Part shown: positions 1 through 13,169 of the stretch, in pieces
How the letters are laid out: the number at the start of each line of letters is the position of its first letter
How positions within the stretch are numbered: position 1 is the first letter of the stretch
Origin: Felis catus
Taxonomy: Eukaryota
Direction: 5' to 3'
Assembly (NCBI RefSeq): GCF_018350175.1
Contig: NC_058369.1
Span: forward strand, 27,406,001-27,470,000
Length of the DNA: 64,000 nucleotides
Notes under the pieces: model-generated
Databases searched by the model: none
What the model was told of the DNA's origin: nothing
What the model saw: only the letters and a program-made list of their open reading frames with translations
Program-made: the position numbers and the translations under genes

Positions 1-147
1 CCTGATCCATTATTCTTCCTCGTATCCTCAACATAATGCTGGATGCATGGGGGGTACTTAATACATATTTGCTCAATGAAGGGAGGATCTTGAGAACTTA
101 GGCCAAATCTGTCCTCTTTGACTGCCCGATGTGTTCATTATTGAATT

Positions 148-681
148 ATTAGTAAGTAATGAGCTACCTGAAAACTCAGTGGCTTACTCTAACAAGTCTT
201 CATCATTATTCATGCAGTCTGCTGGCTGAGTGAGTGTTGGCTGTTTAGGCTGGGCTTGGCTGGGGCAGCTCTTCTGATCCTGGCTGGGCTGGCTTGCATA
301 CCTGCAGGTCAGCTGGAGTTGGCTGACTTAAGTTAGGCTCAGCTGGTGCGGTTCTGTTTGACACTGTAGGTCTGAGGGTTCAGGTCTTTCACACAACTCT
401 CACATCTTCCCTGGACCAACAGGCTACCCAGGACAGGTTTTTCCTTACTGTAGTGGCCTAGGCACAAGAGAACACGCAGAAATACATGAGGCCTCTTAAA
501 GTCTAGGCTCAGAACTGGTCCACTGGCACTTTTGCACACAAGCCATTGACTAAATAAAGCAAGATGTATCCCCCAAGTCAAGGGATGGGGAAATACACTC
601 TACCCATGATGAGGTTATAACAAAGATATAGATGAAGGGAAGGCTGAAGGAAGAATTAGGGCAAATAATGCAACCACCACA
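148..681 (-). mobile_element. MaLR solo LTR, MLT1G/H-like
   Basis: Resembles the antisense MLT1 pattern 'aaaactcagtggctt...ctgggcttggctggggcagct...ggtcagctgg...attgactaaataaagcaag...ccaagtcaagggatggggaaatacactc', ending 'ccaccaca'. Confidence 0.75.
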
Positions 682-704
682 CCCAAGGATACAAAACTGG
701 ACAC

Positions 705-772
705 ATGTGTGGTATATACCACATCTTCTCTATCCATTCACGTACTGATGGATGTTTAAGTTGCTTGCATAA
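705..772 (-). mobile_element. Small L1 3' fragment
   Basis: 'tatataccacatcttctctatccattcac..tgatggatgtttaagttgctt' is a typical antisense L1 3' segment. Confidence 0.6.
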
Positions 773-1184
773 TCAGAGAAAGGTACAAAATGGGTGTACG
801 CTTAGTAGAAAAGCCTGATCTCCTCCATTTTCACTGAGTTCTGGCACTCACTCTCTTTTTCCTGTGCAAATCTCGTTGTGCGACATCTGTGTGTCTCTTT
901 CTCTCTGTCCTTTCATCGCATGCACTTTTTCTGAATTTTGCATTTTCTTCTATCTTAATATTTTTATATCTTCCTTTAAACAAAAGTGTTTATTTTTAAT
1001 GGTACTTACTGTATAGTTTTAAATTCCTTCTTATGGAATTTAAGAGATTCATAAACAGTTACACTAAATTCAGCTGCTTTTTATGTAATGTAGCCTTACA
1101 TTGATTTTTCTAGACATTATTTATATTCTATATAAAACTACCTCTTTATCTGACACCAATACATGCACCTTAAATAACATGCTT

Positions 1185-1740
1185 TTTTCTACCCTACATT
1201 GTTGATGAAGATATAAATTGTAAGCCCTCTCAGGTGGGCAATTTGGCAGTGTATCTCAAAATTTAAAACACACGTGTCATTGAACTCAAGAGTTCTCATT
1301 CCAGAAATTTATCCAACACGTGTATTTGGACATGTACTCAAGGGTGTTCCTTGTAGCACTGTTTATATTAGGGTAAAAAATCTGTAAAGAATTTAAACAT
1401 CTATTAATAGGGTCCTAGTTACATAAGTATGATACATCTATACAGTGAGAGATCATGTAGTCATTTAAAATAATGGTAGCTCTATATAATAGTTTAAAAA
1501 GATTTCTAAGATATATTAAGTGAAGAATGTCAAGATACAGAATATTGTATCAAGTGTGCCATGGTGCTTAAAATGGATATATAAATATGTGCATAAATAT
1601 TTGTACACATGTGCATATGTGGGTATATATATATATATATATGTATTTTCATTTATATATACACATGGACACCTTCTGAAAAATACATGAGAAACTTTAA
1701 TGACTGCTTTGGGGGTGGAAGAAAGACAAACTTTTTTTCA
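1185..1740 (+). mobile_element. Old L1 (L1MC/ME-like) 3' fragment
   Basis: 'ggcaatttggcagtgtatctcaaaattt...ccagaaatttatcc...gtagcactgtttata...acatctatacagtg' resembles the degraded ORF2 end and 3'UTR. Confidence 0.65.
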
Positions 1741-1747
1741 TTGGGTC

Positions 1748-2214
1748 CTTTTTTAAAATTGAAGAATAATTGATGTACAATATTTTATTAGTTTCAGGTA
1801 TACAGCATAGTGATTCAATATTTTCATACGTTAAGAAATGGTCACCATAATAAGTCTAGTTCCCATCTGTCACCATACAAAGTTGTAACAATGTTACTGA
1901 CTATATTTCCTATGCTATATATCGCAACCATGTATCTTATTTATTTTATAATTGGAAGATTGGATTTTTTAATCCTCTTCATCTATTTCATCCATTTTTT
2001 AGTCTCTTCCCTTCTGGAACCATTAGTTAGTTCTTTGTATCTGTAAGTCTGTTTCTGTTTTGTTTGGTTTGTTCATTTTGTTTTTTATGTAATACATGTA
2101 AGTGAAGTCATCTAGTATTTGTCTTTTTCCATCTGGCTTACTTCACTTAGCATAATACTCCCTGTTGTCACAAATTGCAAGATTTCATTCTTTTTTATGT
2201 CTGAGTGATATTCC

Positions 2215-2256
<42 letters not shown>

Positions 2257-3150
2257 TGTGTAAATACACAGCCATCACATCTTCTGTATCCACTCATCTA
2301 TTGATGGACATTTAGGTTCCTTCCACATCTTGGCTATTGTAAATAATGTTGTGATGAACATAGGGGTACATATACCTTTCTGAATTACTGTTTTCATTTT
2401 CTTCTGATAAATACCTGGAAGTAGAAATTCTGGTAGTTCTATTTTAATTTTTGAGGAGCCTCCATACTGTTTCCCACAGTAGCTGCACCAATTTACATGC
2501 CCACCAATAGTGCACAAGGGTTCGCTTTTTTCTGCATCCTCAGTAACACTTGTTATCCCTCATCTTTTTGATTTTAGCCATTCTGATGTGCGTGAGGTGA
2601 TATCTCATAGTGGTATTGATTTACATTTCCCTGAATAGTTAGTAATGTTGGGATTTTTTTCATGTGCCTGTTGGCCATCTGTATATCTTCTTTGGGAAAA
2701 AAAGATGTCCTTTTAGGTCTTCTACCTACTTTTTAAAAACTGGATTGTTTGTTTTTTGATATTGACTTTTAATACATTTTGTAGTTTAGCCCCTTTTGGG
2801 ATATATCATTTGTAAATATCTTCCCCTGCTCATTAGATTGCCTTTTCATTTTGTTGATGATTTTCTACATCATGGAAAAACTTTTTATTTGATGTAGTCT
2901 TACTTTTTTTTTTTAATTTTTTTGCTTTTGTTGTCCTTGCTTAAGGAGACAGATCCAAAAAATATCAGTAAGAGAAATGCCAAAGAGCTTACTGCCTATG
3001 TTTTCTTCTAGGAGTCTTATGCATTCAGATCTTACATTTAAGTCTTCAATCCATTTTATTTTTGTATGTGTTGTAAGAAAGGATCCAGTTTCATTCTTTG
3101 GCATGTAGCTGTCCATTGTTCCCAACACCATTTATTGAACTGTCTTTTCC
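1748..3150 (-). mobile_element. Carnivore L1 (L1_Carn/L1MA-like), 5'-truncated, with disrupted ORF2 C-terminus and 3'UTR
   Basis: Minus ORFs 2913-3131 (KWIEDLNVRSECIRLLEENIG) and 2275-2517 (CTPMFITTLFTIAKMWKEPKCPSIDEWIQKM) match L1 ORF2p C-terminal motifs; carnivore L1 tail 'ttagtttcaggtatacagcatagtgattc'. Confidence 0.92.
2217..2261. repeat. (TG)n microsatellite within L1
   Basis: Direct reading. Confidence 0.95.
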
Positions 3151-3757
3151 ATTGCCTTTCATGAATGCACGCTTGAATTCCATTTAATTATACTCTTTGG
3201 TATGGACTTGGTAAAGTGAGAGGTTATTGAGTCAACTTGTCCTTTACCACTATTAAAGTCACATGGCAATAAAAGGGAGACTGTCATAAAAATACAATTT
3301 TGAAAGAATGTTTTATGACTTCATTATAGTTTTTGATTTGGGGGACTATAAATTCCTGGGAAACTTCTAGATATTACATAGACATTTGTGGTCTCAGCCT
3401 GAAGTTTTGCAATCTTTCCACCTAGACATTTCTACCTAGGTATTTAAACATTTGAACTGTTGTATATCTCTTAAGGTTTGAGGACAATGGAGAAGGCTGG
3501 CATTTTTAATTAATCCTATGCATGATGGCCTAATCCGTCTTCTTGACTGTGAACTCCTGGGTCAAGAGTCAATCCATAGGACACTGCATCCTGAATATAT
3601 TATATAAACACTCAATTGATCGAAGGTTAAATGGTCCCTTTAAAAGCCCAGTGTTACCCACAATTGCAAGTTATGGTTATATTCTGAGAATGGATGGATT
3701 TTCCCTTAAGTAACTGGCTTGGAAAAAAAAAATCCCAGGCTACAAAACTAATTATTT

Positions 3758-4105
3758 AGACCAATACTATATAAGTATGATGAAAGCCACATGCCAAATT
3801 TTAAATATTCTGGTAGCTACACTAAAAAAAAAAGTAACAGGAAACAGGGAAAGTTTATTTTAATAACATTTTATTTAACATTTTGTATCCAAAATATTCA
3901 ACATGTAATCAGTGTAAAAATTACTCATGAGACATTTTGCACACTTTCTGGTATGTATTTTAAGAATAAAATAAAGAATAACATAAATGTGTGTAAAATA
4001 GCTCATGAATAATTTTTATTCTTAAAAAAACATCTCAATCTGGACAAGCTGCATTTCAAGTGCTTAGTTGGCACATGTGGATAATGGGTACCACAAAAGG
4101 CTGTG
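3758..4105. mobile_element. MER33 (hAT-Charlie DNA transposon fossil)
   Basis: 'gccacatg..aattttaaatattctggtagctacactaaaaaa..aacaggaaacagg..tatccaaaatatt..catctcaat..catttcaagtgct..cacatgtgg' follows the MER33 consensus. Confidence 0.8.
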
Positions 4106-4145
4106 AAGATTTAGTAGCTGATTGCATTAAAAAAATGATTCATCA

Positions 4146-4324
4146 GGGGCGCGTGGGGCTCAGTCGGTTAAGTGTCCGACTTAGGCTCAGGTCATGATCT
4201 CATGGTTTGTGGGTTCCAGCCCTGCGTTGGGCTCTGTGCTGACAGCTCAAAGCCTTCAGATTGTATGTTTCCCTTTATCTCTGCCCCTTCCCCGCTCATG
4301 CTCTGTCTCTCAAAAGTAAACATT

Positions 4325-4381
<57 letters not shown>

Positions 4382-4382
4382 A
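4146..4382 (+). mobile_element. Can-SINE (SINEC_Fc-like) with (TAAA)n tail
   Basis: tRNA-derived head 'ggggcgc..ggctcagtcggttaagtgtccgact', CT-rich linker, A-rich tail; TSD 'gattcatcag' on both sides. Confidence 0.95.
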
Positions 4383-5111
4383 GATTCATCAGAAGATCCT
4401 TCTAAAGTAAGAGTTCTTTTAGAGTATTTAAAATACAATTCAGATTACAAAGGTGAGATTTACATTATCGCCTTTTAGTAATGACTTATGGAATGGAGGT
4501 AAAAGCTCACCTTCAGTGTAATTACTGCTAACCAAATCACCACAGGAGGAAAATTAAATAAAGCATTTTAAAAAAGGCTCAGCCAGTATAAACACTTCCC
4601 ATAAATGCCTTGCTGATGGTGAAAAAATAGCATTTTTAAGAACAAAGGCTGAGAAGTGTGAGGAGAGCTTGAAAAATTTGCAGCACATATGTGTGAGAGG
4701 GGTCTGGATATGTCTTCTCTGGTTCTGTAGCGAGCAGTCTCTCAGCCGTACTTTACCCACTTCAAGTCAGAAATGAGAAACTTCAAGGGCTGTTGAACAC
4801 TTAGGGAATTTTCACAGTGGAACAGCTCAGGGTTATTTAGTGCAGGTGTTGTGTAAATCGTGATGCATTTGAAAAGTCTCTGCACCCGGTAGCCTCAGAC
4901 CCCACCTGCTCAGTGGGTGGGTAGCAGGCAGTGTTCATGCAGTGGTAAAATGCAGCCCTTGAGACCACCGTAGCCTCCAGGCTCTCATTTTGTAGTGAAC
5001 TGTCATGCAAGTGACCTAGAAAGACCTTGGACTTGGAGCCAAAGGAGCTAGGACCATTCTTTTACTATGAGACCATAAACAAGCCATTGAATGGTCTTCG
5101 ACTTTAGATGT

Positions 5112-5635
5112 TGTATTAGGGTTCTCCAGAGAAATAAAACCAATAGGACACACATGCACACATATACACACAGTTTTATCATAAGATATGGCTCACATGA
5201 TAAAGAGGCTAAGAAGTCCCATAGTCTGGAGACCCAGGAAAGGCAATGCTGTAATTTGAAGGCCAGAGAATCAATGGTGTACATTCCAGTCTGAGTCTGA
5301 GGGCCTGAGAGCCAGGAGCACCAGGGGCAGAATGTTGGTATCCCTCTCAAGCAATCAGTGAGAGAATGGACACTCCTCGCCTTTTTGTTCTATTCAGGTC
5401 CTCAGTGGATTGGAGGATGTCTACCCACATTGGAGAGGCCCATCTGCTTTACCCCGTTCACCAATTCAAATGTTGCTATCTTCCAGAAACACCATCACAG
5501 ACACTGCCTCCAAAAACAAAACAAAACAAAACAAAACAAAACAAAACAAAACAAAACAAAACAAAACAAACATTTAACCAGCTATCACGGCATCCTATAG
5601 CCTAGTCAAATTGGCGCACGAAATTAACCACCATA
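5112..5635 (-). mobile_element. ERVL solo LTR, MLT2-like
   Basis: 'tgtattagggttctccagagaaa..aaccaatagga...ctagtcaaattg..aaattaaccaccata'; near 5-bp TSD gatgt/ggtgt; internal (CAAAA)n at about 5511-5571. Confidence 0.88.
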
Positions 5636-5874
5636 GGTGTCTTATTTTTAAAACAAAAGGATTTGATGAGATCACTTCCAAGGTCTCTGGAGTTTCTAAC
5701 ATTCTATGATTCTTTGTCTCTAAGTGAATTGTATTAGTGGGTGTGGGCATCTGAATGTGTGCTTAACAAAATATGTGGAGTATTAGCTCCTGATAGGAGT
5801 AAAGGAATAGCTAAAGAAAAGGCAAAAAGTATCTGACAGGGAATGATTTAGATTCAGGAGTGCTCAGAGAAATC

Positions 5875-6459
5875 AATTTTTTTTTCCTTTAAAAATTACA
5901 TTAGTAATCTATAAATAGCTCTGATTTCAGCTATGTGTAAACATATATAACAAACAATGAACATTTTCCTTCAACTTTTCCTGCTTCCTCTGTACTCAGA
6001 GGTAACTACTGTCATTGGTGTGGAATATATTTTTCCAGTCCCTTTTCTATGCATTTGACTATATATTTAGACATTGCATGTGTATTCCTATTTTTAATAT
6101 AAATGGCATTGTATTATATATATTTTTCTATAACTTGCTTTTTTTCACCAATAACATGTCTTAGAGATATTTTTATGAGTGTACCTAGGTCTGTTTCATT
6201 CTTTTGAACAAATCCCATGAATTAATGTACCACAATTTATTTAAACATTCTCCTAAATGGTGAGTAGTTAGGTCACTTCCAGTTTTTCACCATTATAACA
6301 TTCCTACAAGTACCCCTGAAATACCCGTAGGTATTTCGAGAGATAGTCCAAGAAATTACCTTCTACAAAAACCCTCACCAACAATATATTGAACAGTTCA
6401 CTTCTTCACAAAAGAGCCAACACACCGTTATCAATATATTAAAAAATTTTTTGCTAATC

Positions 6460-6506
<47 letters not shown>

Positions 6507-6825
6507 TTACAAATTCTTCAACTTCTGGAGAGCTTAGATTCTCTTCAAATATTTATTGGACTTTTGTATTTTCCTATGAAATGTCTATTGATATTCTCTT
6601 CACATGTTGCTAAAAAGTTATTTGTCTATTTATTGATTCACAGAACTATTCATATTCTGGATATTAATGCTGTCCTTTGTCTTGCATAAATATCTTGTAT
6701 AAATTTTTCCCAGTCTTTTTATTTATTTTAACTTTATGGGATATTTTGCCATTTAGAAATCCTTAATCTAAATCTATCTATCTATCTGTCTGTCTATAAA
6801 GTTTCAATTCTTGCTAAGAACAATA
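5875..6825 (-). mobile_element. Old L1 (L1ME-like) 3' fragment
   Basis: 'cagaggtaactact..tgtcttagagat..gtaccacaatttatttaa..ttccagtttttcac..tttattggacttttgtatt'; (TTTA)n at about 6461-6508. Confidence 0.7.
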
Positions 6826-7229
6826 TTATTTTGCGACGATCCTCCTGAACTTTTGATGCTGTAATACTAGAAGATAAACATATGTGTATTTGGTGTATAT
6901 TATACTGGTGTGTAAAGAGGTTTCAAAGAGTCTTCAAAATATGCATTGTTACTGATATTTCTGAAGATCTCCTATTCTTACATCCTTTTCTCCTCATCCT
7001 TCCATGGGACATTCCTGAGAGCTTGCTTTCTCTGTCACAGAACGATCCTAGGCACAAGATGAACCAACCTGTCAGAGGTTAAAACTGGCCCTCCTATCTG
7101 ATTCCCTGTATTTATGGCATCTACATTTACTTGAGCTCCTGACTTCTACACGGTGAGTCTGATTCTTCTGATACTCTATTTTCATAACCAGAATATGCTA
7201 ACTTTTGTTTTTCTGCCTTTCCAAAGACT

Positions 7230-7352
7230 GTTGTCCTTTTTCTTTCCTCCTTCTCTAAGCCCCTCTATTCCTCCTTCCTTCTCTTCCTTCCTCTCCTTTC
7301 TCTTTCCCTCCCTAGCTCATCCCCTCCTTCTCTCTCTCTCTTTCTCTCTCCT

Positions 7353-7427
<75 letters not shown>

Positions 7428-7428
7428 C
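7230..7428. repeat. Pyrimidine-rich tract with compound (TC)n(CA)n microsatellite
   Basis: Direct reading. Confidence 0.95.
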
Positions 7429-7599
7429 CTTTAGTGAAAATTCAGTGTGTGTTAGGGGCTTTTCCACGTGTTCTGGGGACACATGATGAACAAAGAAGAT
7501 AAGACATGCCATCATGGAGTTTGAATTCAGTATTACTGATGTTCTTTTTATCAGCATTTGCAGTCTGCAGAGCTCACATTCATATACACAACAGGGGTG

Positions 7600-7835
7600 G
7601 TGAAGGGCATGGGTTTTGGTGTCTGGGAGATCTGAGTTTAGATTCTGGCTTTGTTTCTTATAACCTATGTGACTTGGGTCAAGTTGCTTCAGCTCTTCCT
7701 GAATGTCAGTTTGCCTCCTGTAGAATAAGGAGATTAATAGCACCTATCACATAAGATCGTGGTAAGGATGGAATAGTGTGTGAAGAATTTAGCCCCATGC
7801 TAGAATTTAGTAAATACATTTAGTAAATGACAGAC
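7600..7835 (+). mobile_element. MIR
   Basis: Core 'tgtgacttgggtcaagttgcttcagctct..cagtttgcctcctgtagaataaggag..atagcacctatcacata'. Confidence 0.8.
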
Positions 7836-8509
7836 AGTATTCTTACTATCTCATTTTATTCTCACAAACAATCTCTAGAGTGGTGGTTGAGTGGAAATAA
7901 TCAACTCTTATTTCAGAGATAAGAAAACAAAGACTTTGTGCAGGTGCAGTCACTGAGATCTCTGGGTCCTGGGTAGAGTGTGTGACTGCCTCACAGACCG
8001 ACCTTGGAGTTTTGCTCTGTGTGCCACTTGTGTTTCTATTTCTTTAATACTCTGTTTAAGTTGACTCCTCTTTAACTTGAGTAAATACCCATAATATCTG
8101 TGAAAAACTTGGGTTTGAAATGCTGATTATGATTTATTTCATATACATGGAAAGAAATACTTTGAGCATTCTAGAGCGATCATCTGAGCCCCACCTAGAA
8201 TCTCATTAGGTGACATTGGTGGGATGAAGCCCTGTAATATATGATGATGTCCCAAGACCAACACCTCAATCAAACTGTGGTGACTGGGTAAGTGTTCTTT
8301 GAGCTCATTGAGAAATGATGCTCCAGTTCCCAAGCAGTGGTGGAGCTACTCTGTCAACCATCCCAAGCCTAGCTGGCTTAGTTCAGCCCTAACTTGGAGG
8401 TGGCTTCTCAGAAGTGGAGCTGCTCTCCTCTCTGTTGTCACAGAACCCTGGTGTCCCTCTATCCCTTCATTTTTCACACTCTGCTACATCTCCCACATTT
8501 GTTTATTCC

Positions 8510-8625
8510 CTTTTTATCATATACTTATTGAGGACCTACTATCTGCTATGCCTCATGTTGTGCTCTAGAAACACAGAGGTAAACACACAATAGAGATGAA
8601 CCTTAAAGAACTTATTATCTAGTAG
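8510..8625 (-). mobile_element. L2 3' fragment
   Basis: 'tacttattgaggacctactatctg..tgtgctctagaaacacagag..ccttaaagaactta..tctagt'. Confidence 0.6.
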
Positions 8626-8699
8626 GCATTGTAGTATATGCCCCATCCATAGTTAAAAAGCTGCTACTATATACCATATGTGATAGATAGTAAACATAT

Positions 8700-8872
8700 T
8701 TAATACATTGTAAAGCCCAACTTCAGGATCATGAATTCTATTATTTTGATTCATAATAAGAGGTAAGTACTATTATTAACTCCCATTTTACAGATGAGAA
8801 AAATGAGCTTCAGAGACATTAACCTCCTTGCTCATGATCAGCTGACAAGTGACAGAGGCAGGATTCAAACAT
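8700..8872 (-). mobile_element. MIR
   Basis: 'cccattttacagatgagaaaaatgagcttcagaga..gacagaggcaggattcaaac'. Confidence 0.85.
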
Positions 8873-10154
8873 ACTTCAGAAACAACTGTCAAATAAATCG
8901 ATTGTTAAAATTTAAGACAGCCTGCTAAAGAAAACAGGTGTCTAAGCTGCATGATGGTCTTGTCAGATTGTCAACACTTTCCCCACCCCTAAGCAGAGTC
9001 TGGATGAAATGTTTCAAAGGCATAGTAGAATCATGAGACATTGGCTAGATGAATTCTAAGACCCTTCCATTTTCAGTGGAAATGGGATCTAGAGTTAATC
9101 TACAGAAGATTTCACCTTCTGTTCTCTCAGTGCACTGATGTTAGAGTCTATTCCTTCAGGCCCTCTGTGGTATTTAGACTATTCCTGAGAAAGAAGCTTG
9201 ACTTCCTGGTTAAGCTACTAGACTGGGCTGCCACACAGCATAAAAGCAGCCCCAATAGGCATTCTTTCTGAATCTCAGGTAGAAGCTATAGATGCTTAAA
9301 GAAAGCAAAAAAGACTCTTGAGTCCAAGAAAACTCGAAAGGACTGGATATATTTTTCTTTTTTAATTATCACTTTCGGAGTCCCTTCTTGCCTCTACTCC
9401 AATGGGCTTTTGAGGGAAAATAATTCTTCTGTCTTTTCATGCCCAACTGGACTGATGGGAAAACTTTGCAAACCTGGAATGCACTGAAGAGTCAGGAGAG
9501 TTCTTTAATTTCCCCTCTAACTTTCCCCTGGATAGAGAGACAGGCCCTGTAAGAGTCTGGGTGGAGATACTGACATGGAGCATAATTGAAGAATAATTAA
9601 GCACTGTGAATCATTTTTTCACCTCTGCCTATTAATTCCTCTAAGCAGAGTAGGAGGACTTGCCCTGCCTGGTGAGTGGGCAGCACTGCTCTGCAGTGCA
9701 TAGTGATCTGGGAGATGGTCAAGTCAGCTGGGTAAGCAGAGCTAGTGTAGGTCACAGGTAAGGCCCCCTTCCTGCAGGAAGTGACTCGCCTGGATGGTGG
9801 CCTGGGAGGTGGCAAGGCTCAGAGAAAGAATTGCATCTCCCACTGGGCCAGTCTCTTCAAATAAACCTATCTTTTACTCAGATTAATTTATTTCTTCATC
9901 CATTTATATAAAACCCAGTTAGTGCACCAAGAACACATACAAAGTAAGTCCATCACACATTTGTTTAAAAACCAACAGTAAGCACATTTTATGTTTCCCT
10001 TGAGAAGACTTCTAAGCTTTGGAACTTGATCTTTGTCCCAAATCTGACATCAGCCCTCTAGTTAATGCTCTTCCTGTTTCTCCTGCTATCACTTCTTTTT
10101 GCTGTGTTTGACTTCTCTTGCTTTTAATCAAGGCAGTATCTTCCAGAATATAGC

Positions 10155-10217
10155 AAAAAAAAAAAAAAAAAAAAAACAAAAAAAACAAAAAACAAAAAAC
10201 AACAACAACAAAAAAAA
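10155..10217. repeat. Poly(A)/(AAC)n tract
   Basis: Direct reading. Confidence 0.9.
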
Positions 10218-11964
10218 CCCAATGCATGAGCTGGAACTATTGCTGTGTGCCTTTGTGCAAACTAGGAAAATGTGGCAGGAAGACCTTTTGCAAGGTACAT
10301 GGCTTACAGAAGAGGTAGAGTGGGACTGCAGTCTCCATCTCTCTTTCAGAATGTCCCCTTGTCCAGGGGCAGGCAGACATGTGCCTAAATCTTGTTTCAT
10401 CAAAGGCCAAATAGAATTTAATGGGGATGAGGGCTGAGGGCCATTCTCCACTGAGAAAAAAAACTGAGTTCTCAAGATCTTTGGTGGTGTTGACATGTAG
10501 ATTCTTTTATTTTTTTTATTTTTGACATGTAGATTCTTGAATAGTATGGTTTTCTAATTGGCCTTTAAGGACCCCTTTACACTCCAAAGAAGAGCCTCAG
10601 GAGCTGATGTAAGGAATGAGGTAGGAGGTCAAGAACATATCATTTTATTCAGGGCAGGTCAAACTTTTCATCCAACACAACATAGAAGCACCTGCACGAA
10701 AGTGGTATAGGGAAGGGGATCCTAAGCACTAAAAAAACAGCAACTTGAAGACCATTTGTGCTACAGATCAAGTTGTCAAGTCAGTAAGAACCTTCTGCAT
10801 GTGGATTATTTGTGTTTGGCAAGATATGTCTGTCCTTAATGCTTACACTGAATTTAGATAGGTACATAGCAAGAGATTATTTACTATTTTACCTTATGGT
10901 TGTGATAGTTCTTAAGTTTACAGGTGTTTCTAGATGTATCTAGGGAAGAAAAGGTAAGGGCAAGGAGGAAGGGAAAAATCTCTGGATGTTTGAGTGTATA
11001 TGGCAACTGGTTCCTCATCTCATGTTTATTCAGGAGATATTTTTATGAGCAAAGAGGAGTCATGCCAACACAATTTGGATTCTGAATCAGGGATGGACTG
11101 ACTGTACTGCTTGTTTCTGTGTAAGATGTGCCACCCATGCAACCTAATAAAATTTAATCATTGTTAAGTATTCCAAGTTCTGGGAAGTGAAACTTAATGT
11201 GCATTTGGTTGCCTTCAGATGGCAAGTATCCTAGAGCAAACAGGTTGCTATAGGAAGTTCAAAGATAAAGTGGGAAGTCCTGGTTCACTCCTCCTGGGAT
11301 TGATGAAGCTTCCCTTAGATCCAAGAGGACAACTCATTTTGGCTGTTTTTACAGATAGTTAAATTGTATTTCCAGCTCTGAACACTAATCTAATTGTCTG
11401 TGACATATGACTGTCTCTGTAAAGGAGACATAGGCCCTGGTAGGGTGCCCTCTCTGCCCCACTCAGCTCCAGAATATCCATCTCATCCTTAATCACTCAG
11501 CCCACAAGCAGCCCCATGGGGGAAAAGCCTGATGAGAAGCTTGGAAGTAAAGGATTGTTTGTGACTCAGGTTGTTCTGTGTAGAAATGGTCCTTGGAGCT
11601 TAACCTGGGTGTATCTGGAGCTACCTCACTTGTACCTGGAGAAACCTACAATAATGCCTCATGTATTCAATAGTTCTATGAGGCTTTTAGACTTACTCTC
11701 TTATAAGATCTTGAATAGAGAGGAGCTTGTTTTGCATATCTTTAGGTTAATGTAAACTAGGAAGAAAAAGCAGAAATAGGAAAAAAGAGGAAGAGATAAG
11801 AAATAAAACAGTGGAAATGATTTTGCAACCCCTGAGCATGTGTCTTCCTGTCCCCACTATAAATAACAAGAGTAGAATAGTATCACAACCACCAGTTATT
11901 GAGTATTTACTGTGACAGCATTTTGCAGGGTGGTTTACAAATATTATCTTAATTAATCTAATCA

Positions 11965-12260
11965 TTTATACATTCAACAAGCTTTGAGTCTATTATATCC
12001 TGAATACTGTGCTAGTGATTAGGGTTTAATAGTGTGCAAAAATAGTCAGAGCTCCACCTTCATGGAGGTCACATTCCTGGGAAGGAAACTCACCATCAAA
12101 TGATTTCTCAAATATAAGTAAAATTGCAAATAAAGGGGAGGAACAAGATAGGATTGGAGCTTCAAGGGGCCATTAACCCAATTATGGGATATAGTTGAGC
12201 TGGGATCCAAGTGATGAAATGGGCATTAACCAAGGAAGATAAGCCAGGGCACTTTGTGGT
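11965..12260 (-). mobile_element. L2 fragment
   Basis: 'cattcaacaagctttgagtctattat..actgtgctag..ccttcatggaggtcacattcct'. Confidence 0.6.
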
Positions 12261-12545
12261 TTGTGGGCATATAGTTAGTAAGCAGCAGCAGAGCAGATAC
12301 AGATGTACTGAAAGTAACATGGGGTAGAACATGATGGGAATTCAGGAAGGAGCATTTTCTTCTAGCTAGAAGAGACAGTAAAATTCCCCTGCAGAAGTAA
12401 GCAGATGGGTGGCTTTGACCGCTCCAAGAGAGAGGCCTTATGTGTAAAGCTGCTACATGAGACACTTGGATGTGCCCCCCCCCCCAGCCTACACACACAC
12501 CCTGTGCATGGGAATTCAGCACCCTAAGCAATCCCACAATCTCCT

Positions 12546-12772
12546 AGAGTAGTAGCTCTCAACAAGAACAATTTTCTCCCCAGGAGACATTTGACAAAAT
12601 CTGAAGACATTTTTGGTTGTCACACATGGAGCTGGGAACAGGTGTTTCTACTGGCTTCATGTAGGTAGAAGCCGGGGCCACTGCTTAACTTCCTACAATG
12701 CAGAGGCTATCTCCCCACAACAAAAAAATTATTGGACCCAAGATGTCACTATTGCCAAGATTGAGAACCTCC
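12546..12772. mobile_element. MER20 (hAT-Charlie)
   Basis: 'tctcaac..ccccaggagacatttgacaaaatctgaagacatttttggttgtcac..ctactggc..gtagaagcc..cctacaatgca..ttgccaagattgagaacc'. Confidence 0.9.
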
Positions 12773-13169
12773 ACCCAATGCTTTAAGCAGGCCGCAGGAT
12801 GGGCACTTAGGAATCAGAATTCCTTGTTTCTGAAGTATCTTTCAGAGACTTAACTACTTTTAGTATCTTTCCCTCTAGATACTACTTTGAAAAAAAATCA
12901 ACATCTTTATGTTGATATTTATTGAAATGCTTATTGCTAAAGCCTATATTATTCATCTCTGTAGCCCCTACTATTGGATCTTGTATGAGGGAATAAGGAA
13001 ATGGTAGACTAAATGAATGGGTAAATGAATGAATGAGCTGCTCTTCCTTGTGCCCTTAGAACGTACTTCTTTACATTCTCTAAAGACCACAGTAGCATGA
13101 AAATCCTGGATGCAACTCTTCTTTAGCATGGGGGAGTCTCAGATCAACTCAGATTAATTTTAGGATCAT

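Noticed and set aside
2275..3131. L1 ORF2-like peptides as a CDS
   Set aside because: Frameshifted, 5'-truncated fossil with no RT or endonuclease domain
6820..6870. CpG-containing stretch reading ASKVQEDRRKII on minus, considered as an exon
   Set aside because: No donor site, and it runs into an L1 remnant
7312..7743. 143-aa ORF
   Set aside because: MIR plus (CA)n/(TC)n microsatellite translation
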